This document shows positions 11,997 to 25,003 of a stretch of 64,000 bases of DNA, one piece after another. Each line of letters starts with the position of its first letter. Position 1 is the stretch's first letter. Both the position numbers and the translations under genes were made by a program. The stretch comes from Octopus vulgaris (taxonomy: Eukaryota). Below the pieces are notes generated by a model. It ran no database searches. It was not told the origin of the DNA and saw only the letters and a program-made list of their open reading frames with translations. The stretch spans positions 13,888,001-13,952,000 of the forward strand of contig OX597825.1 of assembly GCA_951406725.2 (NCBI GenBank), read 5' to 3'.

Positions 11997-13854
11997 TCCA
12001 ATCTTACTAAGGAAAAATATAGTGTTGATGAGGATAGCAACAATGTTGCTATGACAACACGCTCACGCATCGTTTCAAAAATAGAAGGAACCAGTCAATA
12101 CATATTTTGCTGCTAGAATTTTAAAACTATTTCGTTCATCACTTGTCTGAAGCCGGTTCTTAATCTTACCAGGAATCTCTTTTAATACAGACAGAACAAT
12201 AAAATGATGTTTTGCCTGTCTTTCAAATCTATTCATATTTAAGTGGTTCCGTGAAGCTGTTTATTCTGTTTTCCTTCTGATGCGATACCAATAACCGGGA
12301 TTAAGGAATAACGATGAATAATAAAAGTTCAACTAAACGAACTTAGTACAACTATTCCCTGTTTAGAATGGCAAGCCATTTTAACATACAGCTTCAAAAT
12401 TGGAGATGTTATGTAATTAAGAGATTAAGCATTGTACTATGAAATAAAATTCAATAATTAAATTGATATAATCAAATGCTATGTAGCTAGAAGATTAAAC
12501 TGTACATTATCAAAGGCCATTACATTAATTCATCTTAATCGCACAATATCAAATAGTGTACAATTAAGAGATTAAAATGTGCATTATCAAATGGACTTTG
12601 AATTAGTAATCGGGCAACACACCATCAAATAATATTTAATTAGAAGATTAAATGTTAAATGTACATCAACTTGCAAAATAGAATTCAGTTCATTTTCATT
12701 TTCGGAACTGTCCTTTTTGTATCCTTTATCAACATTTAATTATTTGGGCGACTATAATTAATCACGGCTTTGATACCTCGTCGAAATAAGGAAGAAAACT
12801 TTGGTTACTGATATCAAAATTATTAATTATTGGAGTAATTTGCCGAACATGCTTTGCTGTTATTTATTCTAATTCTGTTAGTCGTTAGCTTTCGTCGTTT
12901 GCTTTCATTGTAATATTTATGGAATATTATTAAGACGATGTATAATTACCGTTACCGATATTGCTATGAATAAAACGTTTGAGTTCTTTTGGTTGTTATT
13001 TAAAAAAGAAAAACGTTTTTTTTAAGCATCTTAAAGCAATTCATTCTCAGAAGTTCCAGAACTTGCAATTCCATTCATTACTGTATTTGCTTGATGAAGC
13101 ATCTTTAAGCTAATGAGAGATTGATGTCAATTAAATAACAAAAAAAAAAAAATGTCTTCATCGCAAATTAGAATCATGAGAAATGATGTCAAAGCAATTA
13201 GTGATTTCTTTTATAGGAAATTATATACCTAAGTTGTTATGCTTTTTTAAATCACATGTTCAATGAAAAGAAGTGTCTTTATGCAAATTACCTCAAAGCC
13301 ACTTCTACAGAAAGTTTTAAAAATTACTATTTTGGTGTCACGTAGAGGTTCTTATCATCAAAAGATCTTTGTATAAAAAGAGAAAAAATATGAAAAAACA
13401 AAATTGACAAAAAAAAAAAGAACTGTCAAGATAATCGTGTCATTATCTCAACAAGACTCATTAAGCTGGCGGTAGATCTGTAGTTCTGATTTTATAGGTT
13501 TAGAGGTTCTTCTGTAAGCAGGATTTCACTAGTGAGAAAACAAGCTGAGTCACAGAAGCTTATTGTCAAGGCCTCTACACTTTGAGATTATTAATATCTT
13601 TAAATTTTGTAATTATTGCAAGCAAAACAATCTCTGTGGCATTTCACACTGAAAATATTGGTTTAAAACAAAAGTTAAAAATATCTTTTGTTTTGTTTTG
13701 GTTGATTCTGACAAAAGGTCATATCGGTCAGTTTGTTAATTTTTCTCATTATAGAACTGGTGAATATAAGATAAGTAAAGGTTAACCATTTTTACGGAAC
13801 AATACTCACGAAACTGAGTGTAGTGCTTATGTTCTGTTTATCATTATATATTGT

Positions 13855-14350
13855 CAGTGGCACTTAAAGGGCACCATTCGAGTGTGATGCCAGTGGCACT
13901 TAAAGGGCACCATTCGAGCGTGATCATTACCAGCATCGCCTTACTGGCACTTGTGCCCATGCTAGTAGGGTGCCAAGAGCACCATCCGATCATGATTGTT
14001 GCCAGAGCAGCCAACCGGCTTCCGTGCCAGTGGCACTTAAAAGGGCACCATTCGAGTGTGATCGTTACCAAAGATGCCTTACTGGCACCTGTGCTGGTGG
14101 CATGTGTAAAAGGATTTGAGTGAGGTCGTTGCCAGTACCGCCTGACTGGCCCCCGTGCCGGTGGCACGTAAAAAGCACCCACTACACTCTCGGAGTGGTT
14201 GGCATTAGGAAGGGCATCCAGCAGTAGAAACTCTGCCAAATCGAGATTGGAGCCTGGTGCAGCCATCTGGTTCGCCAGCCCTCAGTCAAAATCGTCCAAC
14301 CCATGCTAGCATGGAAAGCGGACGTTAAACGATGATGATGATGATGATGA
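13855..14350 (+). mobile_element. SINE-like family S3 with internal subrepeats and (GAT)n tail
   Basis: Conserved GTGGTTGGCATTAGGAAGGGCATCCAG...CCAACCCATGCTAGCATGGAAAGCGGACGTTAAACGATGATG. Other copies at ~3635, 8700, 14770, 22440, 26027, 36585, 39480, 41600, 42990, 47000 and 61476. Confidence 0.85.
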
Positions 14351-14590
14351 TTTCTAGCAGAAAGACTGCCACACAGACCATTGAAAAAAACCATTAACCA
14401 GTTGGGGTTTGAGGTGCTGGAACACCCTGCATCTTATAGGCCATCAAATACGGTACATAATTTCTCTCCCTGAATTTCTTGCCATTATGTTCTTAATACT
14501 GGTCGGTAGTCAAAGTATCCACAACAAATATTGTTTGTCACATTGGTCTGATGAAACGTTGTTATTGTTGCTATTATTGCTATATAATAG

Positions 14591-15150
14591 GTGCAGGCAT
14601 GGCTGTGTGGTAAGTAGCTTGCTTACCAACCACATGGTTCCAGGTTCAGTTCCACTGCATGGCACCTTGGGCAAGTGTCTTCTACTATAGCCTTGGGCCG
14701 ACCAAAGTCTTGTGAGTGGATTTGGTAGACAGAAACTGAAAGAAGCCCGTTGTATATATATATATACATCATCATCATCATCATCATCATCATTTAACGT
14801 CTGCTTTCCATGCTAGCATGGGTTGGATGGTTTGACTGAGGTCTGGTGAACCAGACTCCAATCTGATCTGGCAGAGTTTCTACAGCTGGATGCCCTTCCT
14901 AACGCCAACCACTCTGAGAGTGTAGTGGGCGCTTTTATGTATGTATGTATATGTTTGTGTGTCTGTGTTTGTCCACAAACATTGCTTGACCAACCGATGC
15001 TGGTGTGTTTACATCCCCGTAACTTAGCGGTTCAGCAAGAGGGAACCGATAGAATAAGTTCTAGGCTTACAAAGAATAAGTCCTGGCGTCGATTTGCTTG
15101 ACTAAAAAAAGGTGTAGCTCCAGCATGGCCACAGTCAAATGACTGAAACA
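14591..15150 (+). mobile_element. S1 SINE with an inverted S3 copy nested in its internal TA tract
   Basis: S1 head 14591-14755, S3 on the minus strand 14767-14940, S1 tail 14950-15150. Confidence 0.8.
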
Positions 15151-17563
15151 AATAGAACAAAAATACCCTACAGCCATACCAACAAACCAACCAACCAACC
15201 AACAATCCAACTAACCCATCATAACAACAACAAGAATAACAAGAGTAGCACGAATATTCATGTTATATCCATTCCCAAATGTAGCCATAGTGAAAGCAAT
15301 CCATAAAGTTGACAAATTTCTCTGAACTATTAAGGCTGTTGTTAGTGGCTATATCAATATAAAACATGTTACTATGGTCGTATTAATTTCTATGAATATG
15401 CGTATAAAAATATCAGCACATTTCTTCACAATCATGTATCATATTGGTTATGGCCATAGGCAGCCTCTGAGTGATTTTGAGAAATCTGTGTCTTTATTGT
15501 TCTGTATAATACTCTGAAACATTTTTCTCATAAGTTTTAGTTTTATCAGTTTGCCAATGTTAACCATTGAGATGATGGTGATAATGATGCTGGCATTATT
15601 GTTATATACAATATGGAACATTTCCATCTCTTTCTTCGTACATATTTACTCTTGCAGTTTTTTGATGTGGCTCAGCTTAAATCCAAGCATCCTCATCGTC
15701 GCTTTTTCCTTTTGTCGATGTCCAGAAAATATCATCAGGGCAATTAAAAATTACCTGGTTTTTATTTGCTATTTGTTACCTGTGTGTGAATGCATTTTCA
15801 TCAGTGTGTATGTGTGTTTGAATGCATGCTTGTCAGGGTGTGTGTATGAAGAGATGTTCATCAGCATGTGTGTGTTTGTGTGAATACATGTTCATCAGTG
15901 TGTGTGTGTATGCATGTTTCTCAATATGTATGTGTGTTTAAATGCATGTTTGTCTGTGTGTATGTGTACATATGCATGTTCATCAGTGTGTGTGTGTGAA
16001 TACATGTTCATCAGAGTGTGTGTGTGTGTACATGTTTGTCAGTGTGAGTGTATGTATGGGAGAATTCACGAAAAACAAAAAATGAAGACAGATGGTGTAA
16101 AAATCAAACAGATGTTTGACCCCAGTCAAACCGTCCAACCCATGTAGGCATAGAAAACGGACGTTAAACGATGATGATGATGAGGAGGATAATATATACT
16201 CAGTCGTGGCTAAAAGTGTGGAGCATTTATTTTAAAATTTTAAATTGTTATGCCCAAGTACAATTCAATTCAAATTTATGCAACTTAGAGATTTACCTAA
16301 TAACTAATCCAGTGGTCAGTTATATATTAAATCTTACTTTGGTTATCTAATACAAAAATTCTAATTTTCAGACCTGTGTTCCAAACTTTTGGTTACCTCT
16401 GTATGCATTTTCAGGTGTAAATCTTAGTGTATGCGTGTGCTTCATACATTCAACTTGATTGACATAAATAGATGTTTCAATGCCTTTGACTAACTTCTTA
16501 ACTTGAATAAAAACATCATTATTTTTCACTAATGAGATATAATGTTTACGGAAGGTTGCTGTTCTGAGTTGGTTGCAGGAATTATTTTCGGTTAACATTT
16601 AGAAAAGCATAAGATATCAGAATGGAATGGATGGGTGGGGGGAGAGGTTCTTTTTGAATGAAGAAAGATTAACCAAAGATTTTAATTTGATAAAGAACTG
16701 GAAAGAGTTAAAGGTAAAACATTGAGAGAAAAAAAAAAGGAAAAGAAAATTTTTTTGAAGCAGTTGCAAAAACTCGCAGAAAATTTTTTAAACAATTTTA
16801 ATTGGATAACTCTCAGAAGAACAGATTATACCCATGGCCCTCAAAGACTCTCCAAGACTCATGAAATCAAAACTGCTAACATTGTATTTGAATAGTTGTG
16901 AGTCAGCAGAGGGAATTCCAAGCCACGAATGTTCTGGTTGAGAGATGGAGGGTTGGGAATAATGGTTAGAAGAGGCCTGATGGTGGTGGGGAAGGTGGTG
17001 GTGGTGGTGGTGGTGATGGGTCAGTATGTATGATGAGAGGAGAGACAAGATTATCCAAAGCTACAGTAATAAAGAGACAGTGCTAAGAGGACTTTGCGTA
17101 TTCCTGGAGATAAAATATAATGTTATTAGAGATCGTTGTTGCAATAGAATTCTGAAAGAAAGGCGGTCGATAAAGCAGTAGATATAATAATAAAAATAAA
17201 CTAGTGACTTCAAGGAAGTGCCAATCTCTAACTGTGAACAGGACCAGGGAAGTGGTAGATTCAGAGAATAAAGAAAGGAAATATGATCTTTGGAAGTTGA
17301 GTCCCATGGAGGCAACGACAAGTGGCTGAGATTTTTTGGCAATTTGCTGGGCTTGAGAAAACATGTCAAACTAAGTAGAATTGTGCTGGTAACACGTAAA
17401 AGGCACCTGGTACACTCTGTGGAGTGGTCGGTGTTAGGAAGGGCATCCAGCTGTAGAAACCAAACCAAACCAAAACAGACCGGAACTTAGGGCAGGTCTC
17501 TGGCTTAGCAGTGCCAGTCAAGTCATCTAACCCACGACAGCATCGAAAACGGATATTAAATGA

Positions 17564-17597
<34 letters not shown>

Positions 17598-17942
17598 GGT
17601 GATGGGGGTGGTGATGATGATGATGATGATGATGATTGATCTCACTAGTGCTAGTGGCACAAGAAAAGCACCCAGTACATGCTTTTCAATGGTTGGTGAC
17701 AGAAAATGCATCATGCTGTAGAACCCATGCCAAGTACAGACAATGGAGCTCAATACAGCTTGTTTCCGTCTACCAAATCCACTCACAAAGCTTTGTACAA
17801 GCTTTGGAACTGCTGAAGCTATAGTAGAAGTTACTTGGCCAAAGTGCCACACAGTGGGACTGAACCCATAACCATGTGGTTTGGAAGCAAGCTTCTTACC
17901 ACACAATCCTCTCCTGCAGATAAGGATTTACTATTAATTTAC

Positions 17943-18553
17943 TAAGGAAGAAGAGATATTGGTAATTCATTGGAAGGAGCTAAGTGAATTACTGCAACAT
18001 TTGCCGACCATAAATAATTCAAGCAGAGTCCAGGGTTTCTGTTATTTAATTTTCATTTTTCGTTTCCATCTTTTAGAATAATTTACTTTGTGATTCATCA
18101 TCAAATGTAAATTTGTAAAACAATTGAAAATATCAATTATGAAAATCGGCAAAAGCAGCTCAAACACCATCTAACAAAATAATTATAACTATAATATACA
18201 TTTGTAAAATATCTGATTACTTCCAGGCAATGGTTGATTGTACATTTGTTTGCATTATGAAGCTAGCTTTTGTGAGGCAGAATCCTGTCTGTTACTATTA
18301 TACATACAAAGCATTGTTGTTCTTTTTCTTCTCTATTATAATTTTCTGAATTGAAAATATCTCAAAATTTTGCTTCAGTTATTCTGTAAGTTTGCTCTCT
18401 CAAGTTTTATCCTATTGCATTGTTCTTTTCCATTTATATCTAGATAATTTTCATGGGAGTAAGAAATATTTTACTAATAGAATCAAATACAATAAAATTT
18501 TTCCTTATCATTTTTAATAAGGAAGAAGAGATATTGGTATTTCATTGGAAGGA
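17943..18553 (+). repeat. 36-bp direct repeats (17943-17978, 18518-18553) around a ~540-bp unique segment
   Basis: TAAGGAAGAAGAGATATTGGTA(A/T)TTCATTGGAAGGA, 35/36 identical. Confidence 0.9.
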
Positions 18554-19265
18554 ACTTATCTGTGAGAAAAAGGACGAAGATTTGAAAGGGCAAAAGAAAA
18601 GAATTGAATAAAAAATATTCCATTCCATTCCATATACAATTGAAACTGTGGCTTTTGTGATAGGCTTGTTAAGAATTCCTTTATACTGGAATACAATATA
18701 TTCATGAGTTAACCGGTTCTTTCTTTAAGAAGCCCAAATCATAACCATGAATGCAAAATTTCTAAAGTAATCAAGATCACTCAGTTGTGAAAATATCAAC
18801 AAGCTTGTGAAATTTAGTATAAAGAATATTCAGAATGGTAAATCAGAATATTCAGGCTGGTTGATGAGCCATTCTGTAACTGAACCAAAACTATGGCATG
18901 TGATCATTAGCTTAAGTATATAATGATAAATGCTAACCAATTTATCATAGTTTGATCCAAATTTTCCTCATTTATGAAAATCTCACATATATTCCAAATA
19001 TTATGTGAAATTAGATATCAGTTAATTTTACGAAATTCCAAATGGCACTTTTGCATTTTAAAGAATCTCTAAGGAGGTCCATTTTGTGTGTGTGTGTGTG
19101 TTTGTGTGTATATATGTGTGTGTGTATATATATCAATGAGTGTACATAGTCCAAATGGAAGTACATCCACCATAATGTAATAAAGTCTTCCCTTGAAGAA
19201 TTTTTGTGGATTTTATTGGTGCAGGAGTGGCTGTTTGGTAACATGGTTCTGGGTTCAGTGCTACT

Positions 19266-19591
19266 GAATAAGTGGAAATCCATATTCACCAGCAATATCT
19301 GGTGAATATGGAGGGTTGGGTAACACATCCCAGTTGAGCTGCAGCAATTTTTGTCTGGTTCCTAAAGCATCAAGTGCCGGAAATGAACTTTCTTTCTGAT
19401 CTTCCATTTTTAAGGGTTACGGAATTAACACAGGTTATAGGAACATAAACCTTCTTCCACGAAAAGATAGCTTAAACTGTGCTCTAAATGGAGGTGTAGT
19501 CAAATCCTATTTTATGGACTCAACCATGTTCTAAAATAAGTCAAAAGGTAAGCTACTATAAATCGGCATGAACTTTCTGGATAACCCGATA
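19266..19591 (-). mobile_element. Internally deleted mariner transposon remnant
   Basis: TA followed by TIR-like TCGGGTTATCCAGAAAGTTCATGCCGATTT (19560-19591). ATG at 19407 gives MEDQK..VHFRHLML (a 4-nt duplication causes a frameshift). This is fused directly to LGTRQKLLQLNWDVLPNPPYSPDIA..DFHLF, the mariner YSPD motif. Confidence 0.88.
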
Positions 19592-20070
19592 TCTTATGAC
19601 AGAGAGGCTATGTCAGTGGCTCATAAACCTGGAGTTTTGTGCCAAGGGTCTGGTCAAAATGTTCACAGGTGCTTTGATTAATGGAGTAGCTTCTAAGTTA
19701 TAACTGGTAATGAATTAACTAAATGCAGCTTTGCTTAGTACACCAAAACGAAGCAATATCATTGGCTGAAAATAGCCCAGAAAAACAGTCACGTAGAGTC
19801 ATCTAAGTTACTAGGTCATGTGACAATATTCAAATCTTTGTCAAAATTAAAGAACTGATTGCACTTCACTGTCATGGATGGAGATGAATGCTCATATTAA
19901 CTGCTTCTGCATCTGTAAGAAAGAAAAGAGGAAGAAAGTGTGTTAATAAATGAAGAGGATAAAATGTAAGTTGGTGCTATAGATAGTCTAAAAAATACAC
20001 AATATGTGTTTATGTATGTGTGTATGTATATATGTGTGTGTGAATGTGTGTGGATATGTATACATGTGTC

Positions 20071-20113
<43 letters not shown>

Positions 20114-20139
20114 TATATATATATATATATACATATTAT

Positions 20140-20185
<46 letters not shown>

Positions 20186-20374
20186 TAGAAACACTTCCAG
20201 ATCTGACTGGGCCTGATGAAGCCTTCCAGCTTCACAGACCCCAGTTGAACCGTCCAACCCATGCTAGCATGGAAAACGGACGCTAAATGATGATGATGAT
20301 GATGATGATGATATGTGTATATATATATATATGTGTGTGTATATATATATTTATATATTTATATATATTTGTGT

Positions 20375-20438
<64 letters not shown>

Positions 20439-21269
20439 ATATATATGCATATATATGTATATATATATATATATATGCAAAAAGTCCGTTTCCTTGTTTG
20501 ATTTTAGGTTTTTGTTTCTCGTGTTCTACGTTTATTTGTGGCGTCCTGTACTCTATATATATATATATATATATATAAATATGCACATATATATATACAT
20601 ATAGATGTAGGTATGTACATATATGTATGTATGTATGCATATGTTTTATTTATTAAATTGTTATTATATATATATATATATTATTTATGTGGAAGCACTA
20701 AGAAAAAGTGTTTTATCTAATATTATTTTTCTAGAATAGAAATTAATTTTCATACATGGCTTTTCTTTTAAAATTTCAAATTATTTTTTTCTTTAAAACA
20801 TGTATCTATTTTTCTAGATTTGTTTCTTTGCTATATATTACACGCGAGTTTCTGGACCCGCAAACACCGATCCTTCTTTACGATAATACAAAACCCACTA
20901 AAATAATTTCTAGTGTATTTTCTTCATTTAACTGGGCGGGTGTTGCGTAAGGCATCAACAAGAAACAAATCTGGTTTTCTTTTTTCTAACATAAATAACG
21001 GAATAATAATATTCTAAACAAAATGCTGAAGATGGGAGAGGAGGAAAAAAAAAATTCTTTATCACAATTCAATATACGTAATTATTGCTTTGAAATACCG
21101 ATCCATTTTTATATAGGAAGAATTTTCTTTTCCCTTCTATTTATTTATTTTTTTTTTATTCCATTTTCCGTTTTAATTTTTTTCTTTTTTTCTTTGTGAA
21201 AGATTCTTAAACAAAATGTTAAAAATTTGGCGCTTTGGTATTTTAGCTAACTGTTTGTTTGTGTAAGTG

Positions 21270-21300
<31 letters not shown>

Positions 21301-21503
21301 ATGTGCAAATGCAAATATATTTTAGATATACCTATGGGTATGTACACATACATACTTACATATACACTTAGTTATATATGCATATATTTATATATGTGCA
21401 TACATTTATACATACATAGATATATGTATATATATATATGTATGTGTATATATGTATGTATATATATATATATATATATATACATACATATATATATATA
21501 CAC

Positions 21504-21535
<32 letters not shown>

Positions 21536-22124
21536 ATATATATATATATATACATACATACACGCATATATATATACACATGTATACATACATACATATA
21601 TAAATATATATATATATAGTTGTTTGCACTCACTCACATACACACACATACCTAGATACATACATACATATGTATATATACCTGTATGTATTTGTATATA
21701 TATTGTCATCAACATCACCATCATTTAACATCTAGCTTCCACTCTTCAATGAACAGGTTGATTTGACAGGATCTGACAACTGTAGGTTAACTGAGAAGGG
21801 TGTATTGTGCCTCAGTGTCTGCTTCGGCATGGTTTCCATGGCTGGATGCCTTTCCTAATGCCAACTTCTTCACAGAGTACGCTTAGTGATTCTTAGTTTT
21901 GTAGTACCAACTCTAGTAAGGTACCCCTTATTTGAATGAGTCTACAGCAGAGAGAAAAATGACCTTGTGCTCAATGTTGAAAAGTTTAAGAATGAAAGAA
22001 GGGGCAATTAGTCTGTATTCTAAAAAAAGAAAGAAGAGTAATTATTACTTTGGCAGAAATTATATAGAATGTCCCTTAGGAATGTATTTAATTGTGGCAT
22101 TAAGTACATTCCTACTGAATACAT

Positions 22125-22270
22125 AATTTACATTATTTACATTCGAGACGGATATTTGTCCTCATCTTGTTTGTTGTAAACACAACGTTTCGGCTGATAT
22201 ACCCTCCAGCCTTCATCAGGTGCCTTGGGGAAATTTCAAACCTGGGTTTTCATTCCTAAGGTATTTTCGA

Positions 22271-22350
<80 letters not shown>

Positions 22351-22360
22351 TCACTGCCTG
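22125..22360 (-). mobile_element. Family A element (head-truncated) with intact hammerhead
   Basis: Same body and tail as 1166-1436. Confidence 0.8.
22179..22224 (-). ncRNA. Minimal type I hammerhead ribozyme motif (family A)
   Basis: GGCAC CUGAUGA A GGCUG GAGGGUAUAU CAGCC GAAA CG UU GUGUU. Stem I is GGCAC/GUGUU, stem II is GGCUG/CAGCC, stem III is the palindrome ACGU, and the cleavage triplet is GUU. Confidence 0.75.
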
Positions 22361-22435
22361 TTAGCTAGTTTTTCATGGAGTTTCTCTATATGTCTCCATT
22401 GAAGTCTAATGTCAGCTCCATACTGATTAGATAAT

Positions 22436-22472
<37 letters not shown>

Positions 22473-23568
22473 ACAACAACAACATCATCATCATCAACAT
22501 CATCATCGTTTAATGTCTGCTTTCCATGCTAGCATGGGTTGGACGATTTGACAGAGGGCAGGTGAACCAGATGGCTGCACCAGGCTCCAATCTGATCTGG
22601 CCTAGTTTCTACAGCTGGATGCCCTTCCTAACGCCAACCACTCCGAGAGTGTAGTGGGTACTCTTTACGTGTCACCGGCACGGATATCATAGCTACAATT
22701 TCTATTTGAATATGATACCCATATCTTAATTAATTATTGACAAGTCCCTTAACCCCTTGGCAGGGTCATTGGAGCACTTCAGCCATGCAGTGTATCTAGG
22801 GGAAGAAAGCTTGGCAGATCCAATCCCTCTCCATTTCTACAGCTGAGTTGACTGGAGCAACATGAAAACACAATCTTGCATTTGTGAGTCCACCACCCTA
22901 ACCACTAAGCCATGTGCTTCCACAATTAATTAGTACCTGTCTATTAAGCTGAATGTTTCATTCCATTATTGATTCCACTCTCTTATTGAAGAGTGCAGAT
23001 GAGTTTTTTTTTTTTTTGTTTTTTTGTTTCCCTACTCTGATGGAGCAAGAAATTTTGAGTTTGGTAAAAGTGAAACCAATTAAACGAAAACACCTTCTCG
23101 TTGAAGTCGATTCGAATACAAGCTTGTGTCCAGAGTGATTTCTGTTGGTTACAGATTGTCTTTTATCTCGTTAATTGTTGACTTGGATAAAACACAGAAC
23201 CACACAACTGTACAAGAAAAATTAAAGTAAGAACGAAAAAAAATTATCGTTATTACAAAGAAGAAACTGAATTCTCATGACCCCAGAACAAAAACAAAAA
23301 TAAAACAAAAGTCATCGAAATCATTGTTATTTCACAAGTGTTTGTTGTATGTCTTCCTTTAAGAGTGAATGTTTTGTTTAAGATTCTAATTTATTCCACA
23401 AGTGGCTCTGCAAATTAGTCCATCTATTCTTTGTTTAATGTATTCTCATTTTGTCTTGAAGCATTTGGCCTTTGTTTTTTTTTAATTCTTCTTTGCTGGA
23501 AGTTTTCCACTCACTTTGTTCTACCAGTCGATACTAGCAGCGATTATTATTATTACTATTATTATTAT

Positions 23569-24072
23569 TGAGTGAGAGAGCAGTTCATGCCATCAAAGTG
23601 ACACTGGGGTAAAATATACGAAGCCCAATATACCCATCATGACTACCCGTCTGATAAAGGTACACCAGGCACATGCATCACAACCATATGTGCGCGACAT
23701 GGTGATCTCATATCAAGATAAACAGCACATGACCTTGCAGGTGGGGCCCAGTTAGAATTTTCTTCAGGTTGAGTAGCCCATCCCGCTCAAACGGTCCCTG
23801 AATAAGGGTTGTTTAAGGATGTTGAAAGAACCACCCATGTTTCCAGAGGTGAACTATTCAAACCCCAAAGAATCCCTCTCAACACATGGCTATGATGCTC
23901 CCCCACTACTTCTGCTCGTGATCAGAGATGCACATATCGTCAGCCACTAAGGGACATGCTCAACTGGTTAAGGTCAAACAACTGACAAGCAAATCTGTGG
24001 TATTGAGCAGAATATTTGCTGTAGCCCATCTTTTATACCAAGACAAAACAATGTACATGATAACACTTCCAA

Positions 24073-24074
<2 letters not shown>
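23569..24074. mobile_element. Family S4 element in (TTA)n
   Basis: Near-copy of 6031-6582, truncated at the right end. Confidence 0.8.
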
Positions 24075-24119
<45 letters not shown>

Positions 24120-24479
24120 TAGTAGTTTTATTTTTATAGCGTACTTTCACTTCGCTACCGAGCGCAGCTCTGTGTGCCTTGGGTATGTGCTGTGATTTGT
24201 TGTGATGCTCTGATGGTTATTGTATAGAAAGTGCTCTGCGTAGGATGTGTGCAGTGCCTAGTAGTGCAATTTTCTGTATGTTATATGTGTTTGTAAGTTC
24301 TGGTGTTTTTGTTATGTATTTGTCTGAATATTTTTTTATCATGCCTAATGCACCTACTATGATAGGAATTGTTTCTGCTTTTAGATTCCACATTCTAGCT
24401 ACCTCTATTTCCAGGTCTTTGTATTTTGAAAGTTTCTCCATTTCTTTTAGAAACACTTTGTCATCTGCTGGTATTGATA

Positions 24480-24480
<1 letters not shown>
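24120..24480 (-). mobile_element. Dong/R4-clade LINE 3' end (RLE C-terminus plus 3' UTR) inserted in (TAA)n
   Basis: Uninterrupted VSIPADDKVFLKEMEKLSKYKDLEIEVARMWNLKAETIPIIVGALGMIKK...IQKIALLGTAHILRRALSIQ*, containing the KxxKY motif. (TAA)n tracts lie on both sides. Confidence 0.88.
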
Positions 24481-24537
<57 letters not shown>

Positions 24538-24712
24538 ATTATCGTCATCATCATCATCATCATCACCATCATCATGTTATGTTGGCAAGAGATTTAAAAA
24601 GAGTAATTTTCTAATGAATCTTACTTTTAAAGCATTTTCATCAGAATTTGTTTGTTTTCTTTCAATAAATCATAACATTTAATGTTATTGTTATTTTTTT
24701 TTTGTATTTCAG

Positions 24713-25003
24713 AAGTACACATATGGGGCACGCAATACGTGGATGTGGGAGAGACCATTACTCTCCAGTGTAATGCTAGTGGTGTTGAATACGTACCAGA
24801 AGAGGTGGACTGGTTTAAAGATGGCAATGAAATAAAACCGAACACTCTGGCAAATGTAGCCATTAGGAAATTCCCATCTGTCAATGAACGTTCACTACGT
24901 AGTACATTGCAAATTATGCAGGGAAAAATGTCAGATGCGGGTACCTATATATGCCGAATTTCAGAAGCTGATATAGCTAGTATTAAAGTACATGTCTTAA
25001 ATG
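24713..25003 (+). CDS. Internal coding exon encoding one complete Ig domain of a cell-surface IgSF protein (ZIG-8/Dpr-like two-Ig family, probably the second domain)
   Basis: Acceptor is a T-tract plus tgtatttcAG (AG at 24711-24712) and donor is G|GTAAGT (25004). The exon is 291 nt, phase 1-1, with no stop codon. Translation: (E)VHIWGTQYVDVGETITLQCNASGVEYVPEEVDWFKDGNEI...LRSTLQIMQGKMSDAGTYICRISEADIASIKVHVLN. It shows the B-strand Cys, the C-strand Trp (WFKDG), the D-x-G-x-Y-x-C motif and an NAS sequon. Family assignment is by recognition only. Confidence 0.93.

Noticed and set aside
20849-20914. Linker-like peptide FLDPQTPILLYDNTKPTKIISS as an upstream exon
   Set aside because: The GAG acceptor and the donors are weak. 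The open frame is phase 0 and phase 1 hits a stop, so it does not clearly fit the Ig exon. RNA-seq would be needed.
19988-21728. Many [12 protein letters not shown] ORFs (also at 31097-32076, 41553-42131 and 55219-56591)
   Set aside because: These are translations of (TA)n, (CA)n and (TG)n microsatellites with no splice or domain support.
24682-24712. Apparent signal peptide MLLLFFFCIS at the start of the Ig ORF
   Set aside because: It is the intronic polypyrimidine tract read in frame; the exon starts at 24713.
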